From positions 96,001-160,000 of IMG/VR virus record IMGVR_UViG_3300030329_005082: a stretch of DNA of 64,000 bases; one strand, 5' to 3'. The notes under the pieces are model-generated. The model saw only the letters and a list, made by a program, of their open reading frames with translations, was not told where the DNA came from and did not search any database. Both the position numbers and the translations under genes were made by a program. Origin of the DNA: a virus. Below, in pieces: positions 40,640 to 49,378 of the stretch; within the stretch, counting starts at the first letter, position 1; the number at the start of each line of letters is the position of its first letter.

Positions 40640-41517
40640 AATTTTAGATACTCCTGTACTTGTTTTTGAATGTTTAGATTTTCTAAAGCATATTCTCTAT
40701 TTTTGTCGCCCTGAATATAGTCATACTTGTTTATCTCATAAATGAGACTCTCTTTTGTCACGGGCTGCTGTATCTTTCTTCCCGAACAATTATTTTCTAA
40801 AAAACCATCAATGTTGTGAGATGTTACGATGCCGTCCATAAGTCCCGGTTGATATGGTCTTTGGTCGGCAATTAGAACGGGCTTTCCGCACGCCATTCCT
40901 TCATACGCCCCGCGACCGAGGCTTACTACCAGATCTGCTGTTTTTATCACATTTTGGATGTCAAGTCGTGGTGAGGTGAATTTATTGTTATACTCTACCG
41001 TTATTCCTAATTCAGACCCAATCTCTAATAACATCTGGTTAAATTGATCCGATTGCGATAAACTAAACATTTTGTTAATATTTTTTGAAGGACTCTGGTC
41101 AGGGCAAAAAACTTCGCAATTTATACCGTTGTGTATCAGAGTTGAGTCAATACCTTTAGAAGATAAATAATCCTGAACTTCTTTAGAAATAGAAACATGT
41201 CGTATTCCTGGCACAGGCTGCTCAAGATGTGGAAAAATACCATGACATGTTTGAATTATATTTGACCCTGGAAATAAATTCAAAACACCATTCACGATAG
41301 TTGTGTGGTTTAGAAATGCTACATCATAAGAATTAGACATCTTATTAATAGAACACCCAAGGTTGGATTTTATCATCTCAGACATAACACCCTCTTGCAT
41401 GGTGAGAATATCTACATGGTGTCCGAGGCGAACTAGTTCTTGAGCCATCGTATAAATAAATGTTTCACTACCGCCTAAAGTATGTAAGTGATTTTGTCCT
41501 AATAAAATTTTCTTCAT
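40636..41517 (-). CDS. Glycosyltransferase family 4-like (GT-B)
   Basis: GGSETF, IHNGI, EGMACGKPV; true start MKKILL at 41517 (TAATG coupling). Confidence 0.8.
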   Translation of the reverse strand: MKKILLGQNHLHTLGGSETFIYTMAQELVRLGHHVDILTMQEGVMSEMIKSNLGCSINKMSNSYDVAFLNHTTIVNGVLNLFPGSNIIQTCHGIFPHLEQPVPGIRHVSISKEVQDYLSSKGIDSTLIHNGINCEVFCPDQSPSKNINKMFSLSQSDQFNQMLLEIGSELGITVEYNNKFTSPRLDIQNVIKTADLVVSLGRGAYEGMACGKPVLIADQRPYQPGLMDGIVTSHNIDGFLENNCSGRKIQQPVTKESLIYEINKYDYIQGDKNREYALENLNIQKQVQEYLKL

Positions 41518-42743
41518 TACGAGGTTACTTGTCCGGAAAGAAAGTAAAAGTTCCACAACATAGAGTATAAAACCTCATCGGAGATTAGCTTGTCTCTGGT
41601 ATTACTGTGAGTATGTTTTAGAGACCCTTTTGTGTCATCTAGTTTTGATGATAGGACTAAAGATTCTGCATGATACAAATATACATCAGCACCAGCATAA
41701 TAAACCTTGTGACCTAATTGAGAAACTCTTAGGCAAAGATCTGCATCTTGATAACTGCAAGCAAGGGTTTGACAGAAGCCACCAATCTCTACAAATGTTT
41801 CAAGATCAATAATTTGAAATGCACCTGTAACAAACTTTGTTTCTCTGTTGGTATTAACCTTGTGGTTATTTTTGTCGCTAAATCTTCCATAATGAACCGG
41901 AGACATAAAAATATGTGCTTGATCTCTCAAGAATGGTGTAGTCACTACATAAGTTCCGCCACCATACTGAACTTTGCCGAAAACACCACGCTCACGAACG
42001 GATTCCTCGGAGGTTTGGAAATCTTTTGCTAATTCTCTGTAGGTTTTATCTTCATCTATAAGATGGCAAAATCCCGTCTCAGGATATAATAATTTTGCAC
42101 CAGTTATTTTAGTGCCTGTCTTTTTTGCTTTAGCGTGGGTTTTCAACAGTGTTGGTACAGCTTTTTTATTAGGAGCCCATAGATCAGCATTCCACAAAAT
42201 AATATCTTCATGCCCCAGGCGATGGTATAAGAAAGCCCCTATATTATTGAGCATAGAAAAGTTAAAAACATCCGACGCATAATCAACCCTAATATAAACT
42301 GCGCCGTGGCGGTTAGCAAGTTGTTCTATTTCTTCTGGTTCTTCGGATCTGTCGTCAATAACTGTAACATTGGCAACATTGTTTACACCCATCTCCTCAA
42401 TATTTTGCAAAGTAAATTCTAAGAGATTTACATTATCTTTAATAGGAAGCAAGAGTCCTGGCTTATCAGGATCTATATTCTTAAGGTTTTGATAAGTTAC
42501 TTTATATTCTACATTCTTGCCGGCAAACGGGTAATTGCCAACTGAATTAGATTCTAGAATTTCAACATAATTGGATATCCTGGGGTATACGTCTCTCTTT
42601 GAATGGACTATTGAAATCTCATCCTGCTGGAATTCTACTTGAATTTTATTGACTTCTGATAGCGCCTCTTTATTCAATCCCTCATTTTGGGAAAAAATAT
42701 CACAGTTCAAGTATTTGTGCGTCGTCGGTTTCTCCCGAAGCAT
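41517..42743 (-). CDS. Glycosyltransferase family 2
   Basis: LLLPIKD, VIDDRS, FNFSMLNN, VTGAFQII, YQDADLCLR. Confidence 0.8.
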   Translation of the reverse strand: MLREKPTTHKYLNCDIFSQNEGLNKEALSEVNKIQVEFQQDEISIVHSKRDVYPRISNYVEILESNSVGNYPFAGKNVEYKVTYQNLKNIDPDKPGLLLPIKDNVNLLEFTLQNIEEMGVNNVANVTVIDDRSEEPEEIEQLANRHGAVYIRVDYASDVFNFSMLNNIGAFLYHRLGHEDIILWNADLWAPNKKAVPTLLKTHAKAKKTGTKITGAKLLYPETGFCHLIDEDKTYRELAKDFQTSEESVRERGVFGKVQYGGGTYVVTTPFLRDQAHIFMSPVHYGRFSDKNNHKVNTNRETKFVTGAFQIIDLETFVEIGGFCQTLACSYQDADLCLRVSQLGHKVYYAGADVYLYHAESLVLSSKLDDTKGSLKHTHSNTRDKLISDEVLYSMLWNFYFLSGQVTS

Positions 42744-43974
42744 TTAGACTCCCCATCTGATTTATAACTCTATAATACATCTCGTTGATATTTTCTTGAG
42801 AGAACTTATTGCGTATATGTTCTCCCAATAATGCTGCATCTTTTTTATTAGTAATAGGAGATGTCACTAAGTTTCTAAGGTTTTTCTGTAATGATTCATT
42901 TTTAGGATAACACCATTCACATTCTGGAGTAATCAATCCTGGCATAAGGTGATCTTGTTTTACTTTCTCAATATCATACGATGTTTTTAAAAACAAGTTC
43001 TTTCTTTTTGTTTTTCCGCTTTTTTCATTTGTAACCGGGGCATGTAAAAAGTCCATATGACCCGACCATGAAGGAGCAATGACTGGAATGTCGGCACATA
43101 CGGCATTGAAAATTGGTATACCGAAACCTTCGCCGTGAGCATGTGAAACATAACCTGTAATAACATCCGGATCATAAAGAGAGAACACTTCCTCTTGAGA
43201 AAGGTTGCCATGAATTAGATGAACTTTACACTTGTGCTCTGGTGATTTGAAATTCAAGTACTTCTTCAACAAGTCCTTGGTCATCTTTTCATCTATTCGG
43301 CTATTGTTCCTCATATAAGTCTTTAGGATAAATGAGGCATCTTCATCATCATTGAATTCATCCAAGAACGAACCAAGCATTTCAAAGATGTTTTTACGTG
43401 GAGCAAGCTGCGACACGCACAAGAAATTTTTGCTCGTAGTGATGGCTTCGTAACCGGAAAATTTTTCTCTTTCTTGAGGAAGGTTGTTATAGAAAGGAAT
43501 AACCTCAATAGGCGTCCTAATTTTTTCATTTGTTTGGCTGTCAACGGCTTTCAAGAGGTTTTCTCTAGCATGGTTGGAAACCACAAGAATCTTTTGAACC
43601 ATATTACAGTTAGCAATCCACTCTTTAGGAGCAGCCACGGTTTCCAAAGCGGCAGTCACCCCGATGTCATAGTTGGTAACTTTGTGCCATTCGTTGGGAG
43701 GTCGTACTTGAAAGCAGCAGTCAAAGCCGTCAGGCATAGAAGTGCCGGTAGACTTCAGAAACTTAAGATACTGCTGGGTATTCTCAATGAGGGGTCCGTA
43801 CTTGCTGGTATAATCTAGGTTACGGGATGCTTCAGCCCACTGGAGATCAACCAAGTGTACTATATGTTTTTGTGGGCTGGATAAGAGTGCGTCTGCTATT
43901 ACCCGTGCATGATCGCTGTAACCGCTAACGTTGCAGAAAGATCCGATGATTAATATTTTCTTTTGTTCCGTCAT
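42700..43974 (-). CDS. Glycosyltransferase family 4
   Basis: SGYSDHAR, PRKNI, AHGEGFGIP, PVIAPSWSGHMDF. Confidence 0.85.
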   Translation of the reverse strand: MTEQKKILIIGSFCNVSGYSDHARVIADALLSSPQKHIVHLVDLQWAEASRNLDYTSKYGPLIENTQQYLKFLKSTGTSMPDGFDCCFQVRPPNEWHKVTNYDIGVTAALETVAAPKEWIANCNMVQKILVVSNHARENLLKAVDSQTNEKIRTPIEVIPFYNNLPQEREKFSGYEAITTSKNFLCVSQLAPRKNIFEMLGSFLDEFNDDEDASFILKTYMRNNSRIDEKMTKDLLKKYLNFKSPEHKCKVHLIHGNLSQEEVFSLYDPDVITGYVSHAHGEGFGIPIFNAVCADIPVIAPSWSGHMDFLHAPVTNEKSGKTKRKNLFLKTSYDIEKVKQDHLMPGLITPECEWCYPKNESLQKNLRNLVTSPITNKKDAALLGEHIRNKFSQENINEMYYRVINQMGSLNASGETDDAQILEL

Positions 43975-45221
43975 AATTCAGTCATTCTCCATGCTTGGTA
44001 GTTCTTACGATTTCCCCACGATCCGTACTTTTCATGAATCTCTTGAAGAAGATTAACCCAAGAAGTGCCGTAGTTGTCAAAGTTGTAGTTCTTCATGACA
44101 TGTTCACGTCCTTGTTGACCTAGTTCTTCCCTTTTTTTCGGAGACATTGCGTAAATCTCATTCAATGCGGAAATGAAATCTTCCTTTGAAACACGATCTT
44201 CATAAATGTAAGGAACTTGTTGGGAGCCGATGAGGGCTTTGGATGCTGGCTTTAAGCCGATTCCAAACCAGTTTTCCCCATCAGTTAGCTGCTCTTGTAG
44301 TCCGCCAGTAAGAGTAGCAATAATCGGTGTCTCGCTGGCCAATGATTCTAGGGTTGATAATCCGAACCCTTCAGCATCGGCAATATTGACTGTACAATCA
44401 GCAATGCCATAAAGCTTTGCTAGATCTTCTGCCGGCAAACCTTCCTTAGAGAAGATAACCTCTGAGTTGACAAGTCCATAATGTTCTGCTAAGTACTCAA
44501 GTGGTTGTCCATGCGGATCATCTGGTTTTGTGTGCATAATCAAACAGGCGCTGTCTTGATCTATGTGATCCTGCTTCAGGAATTCACTAAACCAATGGAT
44601 GAGTGTCCCGCTCTGCTTCCTTCTAGCATTTCTATTATTCCAGAAAACAATAAATTTGTCTTTTAGAGCTTTGTTGTTTTTTAATACGTCTGCTCTTTCT
44701 GATGCCGATATTTTCCGGAAAATGTCTACTGGCACAGCGTGAGGCAAATAAACCTCGTGAACATCCGGAGATACGTTTTGAACAATATCACTGGTGACTT
44801 TTGAAATTGTCACTATTACATCATTTGAATCGTAAAACTTCTTATTATACATGGGCAGCGGATAATTGTCCCATACATGATAATAAATCATGGGGATATT
44901 TTGGCGAATATCTTCCTCAAACATCCACAACCACTCATAATATCTTGGATCAGTCATAAACCAAAGCATATCTGGCTTAACTTGATTGATTAATCCTAGA
45001 ATTTGCTGCTTATCGCCGTAACCATCTACAGGAAGAATGTGCCAATGCTCTTCCTTCTTCATCAAATTGTAATTCGGATGTTTAATAGCTCCACCAAGTG
45101 AAAATACTTCAAACTTTCCGGACTTCAGAAGAGCCTCAATCATATACTTTGTTTGTGTACCAACACCTGATGGCAGTAAAGGGTGGTCACTAATCGTCAT
45201 GACCTTGATTCTATCTGACAA
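43971..45221 (-). CDS. Glycosyltransferase family 4
   Basis: SDHPLLPSGVG, NRNARRK, AEGFGLSTLESLASETPII..TGG. Confidence 0.85.
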   Translation of the reverse strand: MSDRIKVMTISDHPLLPSGVGTQTKYMIEALLKSGKFEVFSLGGAIKHPNYNLMKKEEHWHILPVDGYGDKQQILGLINQVKPDMLWFMTDPRYYEWLWMFEEDIRQNIPMIYYHVWDNYPLPMYNKKFYDSNDVIVTISKVTSDIVQNVSPDVHEVYLPHAVPVDIFRKISASERADVLKNNKALKDKFIVFWNNRNARRKQSGTLIHWFSEFLKQDHIDQDSACLIMHTKPDDPHGQPLEYLAEHYGLVNSEVIFSKEGLPAEDLAKLYGIADCTVNIADAEGFGLSTLESLASETPIIATLTGGLQEQLTDGENWFGIGLKPASKALIGSQQVPYIYEDRVSKEDFISALNEIYAMSPKKREELGQQGREHVMKNYNFDNYGTSWVNLLQEIHEKYGSWGNRKNYQAWRMTEL

Positions 45222-45230
45222 TTTTATCTC

Positions 45231-46070
45231 CTATGAACAATATTCTGTCTTATAAAACTCACAAGTGCCAAATCTATCTTTACAGTTTGTGCAAGAATTT
45301 CGGTTCTTGATGTAGTTTTCCTTTGTGATATTATGCAATGCTTTCGTCAAGGCGTTAAGTGCATCGGTAGTTCTTTTCTTGCCGGCAGTCACCCGCACGA
45401 ACTCGGCTTTCTTGCCAACCTTCGCAGTTCGCTTGAGCAAAACGAAGTGACAGTCAACGTCTTTGGGGTCAACTTCGTACTTCTGGGCATAGAAGTGTTT
45501 ATAGAATACGAGTTGGTAGGCGAGGATTTTGTCACTCTTCTTTTCACGTCGCCAACCCCAGGAGCAGGTCTTCCAGTCAATCAGGTGGATTTTCTCATCC
45601 TTCTTAGAATAGACCACAAGATCAATAAAGCCTTTGAACTTTTTTTCTGCTTCCGTGAATTCTGTGATGGGCTCGTAGAGTTGTTCTTCGGCTGCCAGCA
45701 CTTCCCAGTCCTCACCGAGTTTACCGAACTTGTCGGCAAGACAACGATAAAGGTCAGGAATGATTTCAATACCATTTACCAACCACTCTTTGAGGGCGAA
45801 ATCTCTTTTAGCTTCTAATTGGGCATCATCGGGCAGGGCGTTGAGTTCTGCGATAAACTGCTCTTTAACCAGCGCCATGATGGCACCTTGAGATTTGTAC
45901 TTTTCGGGGGAAGTCAAAGTAAATTCACAAACAGTGTGAATGGCTTTCCCGAAAGCCGTGTAGATGTTGCCCTCAAACTGAGCTACTTTGTCAATATATG
46001 TAAGCTTGTGATAATGAGGACAAATGTGCCAATTCCGCCACTCGGAATAGGAGATGTGTTTGCCTGCCAT
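45231..46070 (-). CDS. PD-(D/E)XK (RecB/Cas4-like) exonuclease
   Basis: ISYS, CP, FGKAIH, FKGFIDLV, LIDWKT, QL..Y, C-terminal CxxC...C. Confidence 0.85.
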   Translation of the reverse strand: MAGKHISYSEWRNWHICPHYHKLTYIDKVAQFEGNIYTAFGKAIHTVCEFTLTSPEKYKSQGAIMALVKEQFIAELNALPDDAQLEAKRDFALKEWLVNGIEIIPDLYRCLADKFGKLGEDWEVLAAEEQLYEPITEFTEAEKKFKGFIDLVVYSKKDEKIHLIDWKTCSWGWRREKKSDKILAYQLVFYKHFYAQKYEVDPKDVDCHFVLLKRTAKVGKKAEFVRVTAGKKRTTDALNALTKALHNITKENYIKNRNSCTNCKDRFGTCEFYKTEYCS

Positions 46071-46082
46071 GTGATCTCTTTC

Positions 46083-46742
46083 TTAGAGATTGTGTAAATT
46101 CTCTATCTTATTATACAACAAAGGACTGATTTTGAATAGTGTTTCTTTGTTTCCCATGTAAAAAGCTTCAAAACCCGTTGCAAAATATTCCCTGAGAGAT
46201 ACAGATGCATATGGTCTTACGAAGAGTCCAGCGGTGGATAACTTCAGCATATTTCCACCAACCCTATCATATAAGAACATATCTAAGTCCTTATTGTATT
46301 TAATATCTGTAAAATCATACTCTTCGGTCCAGTAACCCTCTGCACGCAATTCTGCTTCTAACATCTTTCGCTTCTTTAGAAATTCTGACTGGATCTCACC
46401 ATCGTCATAGATCTCTTTTACATATTCTGTCTCTAGGTGATGAGCCATCTCATGAATCAAATCATCCAGAAGATCAACTAATTTATCCTGTTTGTCTGAC
46501 AAATAAAGCCAATCGTTAGAATATAGGGCTGATATGTTCCTATCGTCAAATTCTTCTCTATGGGCAATTTCAACCCCTTTGAGCCCTTTGAAATAATGTG
46601 AAGGAAACTTATCTTCAACTGCTCTAAACACAGGGGAGAAGTCTACGCCGTCTTCTGCTGGTTCTTCTTGATTAACTACAACATTCCCAAATCTAAAATG
46701 TCGGGTAGTGTTTTTAGTTTTTTCAAGAATGTATTCTCTCAT
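46083..46742 (-). CDS. Zincin-like metallopeptidase-domain protein
   Basis: IHEMAHH (HExxH) and downstream REYFATGF (third-ligand E). Confidence 0.6.
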   Translation of the reverse strand: MREYILEKTKNTTRHFRFGNVVVNQEEPAEDGVDFSPVFRAVEDKFPSHYFKGLKGVEIAHREEFDDRNISALYSNDWLYLSDKQDKLVDLLDDLIHEMAHHLETEYVKEIYDDGEIQSEFLKKRKMLEAELRAEGYWTEEYDFTDIKYNKDLDMFLYDRVGGNMLKLSTAGLFVRPYASVSLREYFATGFEAFYMGNKETLFKISPLLYNKIENLHNL

Positions 46743-48040
46743 AATATCTCTGCTGCCAAGGTTGCTAGTTTGGATCTTTCACCTTTATAAAGAGTTACGT
46801 GACCAGAAATTTCATAATTCTTAAATTTTTCAACAGCGTGTGTAAGCCCATTAGATACAGCATCCACATAAGAATTATCTATTTGCTGCACATCTCCTGT
46901 TAGAATAAGTTTGGTTCCGTGTCCTACTCGTGTGATTATAGTCTTAAGTTCGTGTGCCGTTAAGTTCTGAGCCTCATCAACAATTATAAAAGCGTTAGAG
47001 ATTGAACGGCCTCGTATAAATGTCATGGCTTCAATTTCAATAATCCCTTGTTCCATTTGAATATCTAGAGCCATCCTATCCCCATAGAGATGTTCTAAAT
47101 TATCTCTCAAAGGAGCAATCCATGGAGCCATCTTTTCTTCAAGTGTGCCTGGGAGGAATCCTATATCGCGACCCATCGGCTGAACTGGTCTTGTAATGAT
47201 AAGTTTATCGTACCCACCTGAGTTTCTAGTAGTATTGATAACTTGTTCTAGACCGCAAGCAGCAGCCAACAAAGTCTTGCCTGTGCCGGCAGGTCCTGTC
47301 ATTGATACAATTTGAATATCCCTGTTGAACAAGAGATTCATTGCAAATTCTTGTTCTTTATTCTTTGCAGACAATCCCCATATGTTTTTATACTTTACAA
47401 GCTTTTTCAATGGAGTATTGTGATTCTTGAACTCACAAACAGCAGATTTAGTACTAGACTTGCTTTTGAGAATTATGAATTGATTAGGGTGTAATAACGC
47501 GTCCTCCGGCAGAAAAACATCATCACCTTCATAAAATTTATTGATTACATCTTCATCCACTTGTATAGTTGTACACCCATCGTACAAATTCTTTACAGAA
47601 CTGATTACTTTTTGTGGCTGATAGTCTTCGCACTTAATTCCAAATGAATCACACTTGACTCGCATATTGATATCACGAGAAACAACTGTAAGCTCATGAC
47701 CTTCGGATATAAGTTTTTTTGCTGTGGCAATGATTTTATTATCTGAGTCTTGACTATTCATACCTTCTGGTAAGAAAGTCTTATCAAATTGTGCTGCAAA
47801 CAACCTGCCTTTTCCTCTGCCAAGGGCAACGCCATCAAGCAGACTACCCTTTGAGCGGAGACCATCCAGAAACTTGTTGGTCACTCTGGCATTTAACCCT
47901 GGTGTATCTTGTCTGTGTTTGTGTTTATCTATTTCATCCAGAACAATTGTAGGGATGGCTATATTACTCTTGCCAAAGGATAAGATTGAGCGAACTTCAG
48001 TTAGTAAAACATTTGTATCTAATAGTACTGTTTTGGTCAA
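46739..48040 (-). CDS. phoH: PIN-domain + PhoH ATPase fusion (PhoH2/YlaK type)
   Basis: LLDTNVL and DNKII PIN motifs; GPAGTGKT Walker A; RGRS; IVDEAQN; GDVQQID; TTG start after AAGGAGG. Confidence 0.92.
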   Translation of the reverse strand: MTKTVLLDTNVLLTEVRSILSFGKSNIAIPTIVLDEIDKHKHRQDTPGLNARVTNKFLDGLRSKGSLLDGVALGRGKGRLFAAQFDKTFLPEGMNSQDSDNKIIATAKKLISEGHELTVVSRDINMRVKCDSFGIKCEDYQPQKVISSVKNLYDGCTTIQVDEDVINKFYEGDDVFLPEDALLHPNQFIILKSKSSTKSAVCEFKNHNTPLKKLVKYKNIWGLSAKNKEQEFAMNLLFNRDIQIVSMTGPAGTGKTLLAAACGLEQVINTTRNSGGYDKLIITRPVQPMGRDIGFLPGTLEEKMAPWIAPLRDNLEHLYGDRMALDIQMEQGIIEIEAMTFIRGRSISNAFIIVDEAQNLTAHELKTIITRVGHGTKLILTGDVQQIDNSYVDAVSNGLTHAVEKFKNYEISGHVTLYKGERSKLATLAAEIL

Positions 48041-48065
48041 TTTTTGACCTCCTTGTCTATAATAA

Positions 48066-48071
48066 TAAATA
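48066..48071 (-). promoter_or_regulatory. Putative late-promoter box (ACTATTTAT) upstream of phoH
   Basis: Lies just downstream of the tmRNA terminator. Confidence 0.55.
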
Positions 48072-48082
48072 GTTGTTTAGAC

Positions 48083-48108
48083 AAAGAAAAAGCCGCCCGA
48101 AGGCGGCT
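48083..48108 (-). terminator. Rho-independent terminator of tmRNA
   Basis: AGCCGCC-TTCG-GGCGGCT then TTTTCTTT; overlaps the last base of the CCA end. Confidence 0.9.
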
Positions 48109-48430
48109 GGTGGAGGTAGGGAGAATTGAACTCCCGTCTTGTCTAGTTCCATAAAAAGGTCATTTACAAGGTTAGTAGTGCTTTTATCGTCGGCAAAACA
48201 CTTGACTAGATCATTTTACTTCTGGTGAAAATAATCAAAAACACTTAGGAATTCAAATATGGCTTTCTGTTTATTGGCTGCCACCGCCTCAAACATCGTC
48301 AGGTTATTAAGCTGCGAGTGCTAGTTGAAAATCGTCGTTTGCGATTATTAGATAAGCGTTTTTAGTGAGCCACGCTTCCCTCACCCTTGCACCTTTTTTA
48401 CTTTCCTATCAATCGATCCCGGTTACCCCC
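48108..48430 (-). ncRNA. ssrA: tmRNA (one-piece, 323 nt); tag (A)ANDDFQLALAA**
   Basis: Acceptor stem GGGGGTA/TACCTCC with G3:U70, A-CCA end, T-arm GGGAG-TTCAATT-CTCCC, resume codon GCA at 48342 after TAATC, double TAA at 48309-48304. Confidence 0.95.
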
Positions 48431-48440
48431 TTGTAATATT

Positions 48441-48469
48441 ACTTTAGTATATAACGAAAGATTTGTCAA
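48441..48469 (-). promoter_or_regulatory. Sigma70-type promoter of tmRNA
   Basis: TTGACA (48469-48464), 17 bp, TAAAGT (48446-48441). Confidence 0.7.
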
Positions 48470-48569
48470 GTTATTTACCTTCATAATATGCTAGCAATTG
48501 CTGTCATGGCTTTCAAAGCTCACAATAGCAGTATAATAGTTAAAAAAGAAGTGTTAAGTTAAAACTGAA

Positions 48570-49358
48570 TTAAAATTCTAAATCCAAATCAAATTCTTCT
48601 TCGGCATCCTCGGCTGCCTCATCTTCAACTTGGTCTAGATCTTCTTTTTCTTTTTCTGCTTCATATTCGGGGGTTGTGACATCTGGGAGAGTGGTTGTCA
48701 AATCATTTTCAAACTTATCAAAGTATAACAGCAAGTTTGTGATCAAATAATCATAGAACAAATCTCTATCTTGGTCATCTGCCAGCATGTCGTATGCATC
48801 TACTATTTGTTTTTCTACTCTTTTAAAAGTATCAGCAGCAAAGTTTCTGCCGGTTTCGTTCTGATCTTCTATTTGAACGAAATCATCTTCCTCTTTTTCG
48901 TCTTCAATATCAATAAACTCGCCATCTAAATCTTCTAGCTCTTCATCGCCATCAATAACAATATCAACATCTTCAGATAGTATATCTTCGTTTATTTCAT
49001 AAACTACACTCTCTCCGAGATCCTCAGCATCAGTAGTAACCTCAATTGGACGCAAGGCACCCTTGACGGCATGAACTAAATGATTACGAAAAGATTCTCT
49101 CTGTTCAACAGATGTAGTTAGCATCAAATAATCATCTTCAATGGTGGGAATAATATTCTTAAGAAGATCAGCCAAGACATTGATACCAGTATAAGTGCTG
49201 GGTTCCTCAGTGCCGGTTTCGGCTTCAACTAACAAAGTCCTAATAACTGATCTCAGTTGGGATTCTTGCTCATGAATTGATTTAAGACGATCCTTTAGTT
49301 TTCCGCGAACATATTCGCGAATCAACTGCTCAGCTATTAAGGTTTCTCTGCTTATCAT
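48570..49358 (-). CDS. Acidic hypothetical protein, probable prohead core/internal protein
   Basis: Very D/E rich; many I/L-x-E sites (LIAE, LIRE, LLVE, INE, LSE). Confidence 0.65.
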   Translation of the reverse strand: MISRETLIAEQLIREYVRGKLKDRLKSIHEQESQLRSVIRTLLVEAETGTEEPSTYTGINVLADLLKNIIPTIEDDYLMLTTSVEQRESFRNHLVHAVKGALRPIEVTTDAEDLGESVVYEINEDILSEDVDIVIDGDEELEDLDGEFIDIEDEKEEDDFVQIEDQNETGRNFAADTFKRVEKQIVDAYDMLADDQDRDLFYDYLITNLLLYFDKFENDLTTTLPDVTTPEYEAEKEKEDLDQVEDEAAEDAEEEFDLDLEF

Positions 49359-49378
49359 AGTTAAAAAATCCTCTATAA

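Noticed and set aside
40636-42743. Apparent 40-44 nt overlaps between glycosyltransferase ORFs as frameshift signals
   Set aside because: One is resolved by the downstream ATG at 41517 (TAATG coupling); the other has its own SD and no slippery site was seen.
45231-46070. Cas4-like nuclease as a sign of CRISPR
   Set aside because: No repeat-spacer array or other cas genes seen in the window; stand-alone PD-(D/E)XK nucleases are common in phages.
48490-48530. Irregular hairpin between the acidic-protein stop and the tmRNA promoter
   Set aside because: Several mismatches and no U-tract; not enough to call a terminator or ncRNA.
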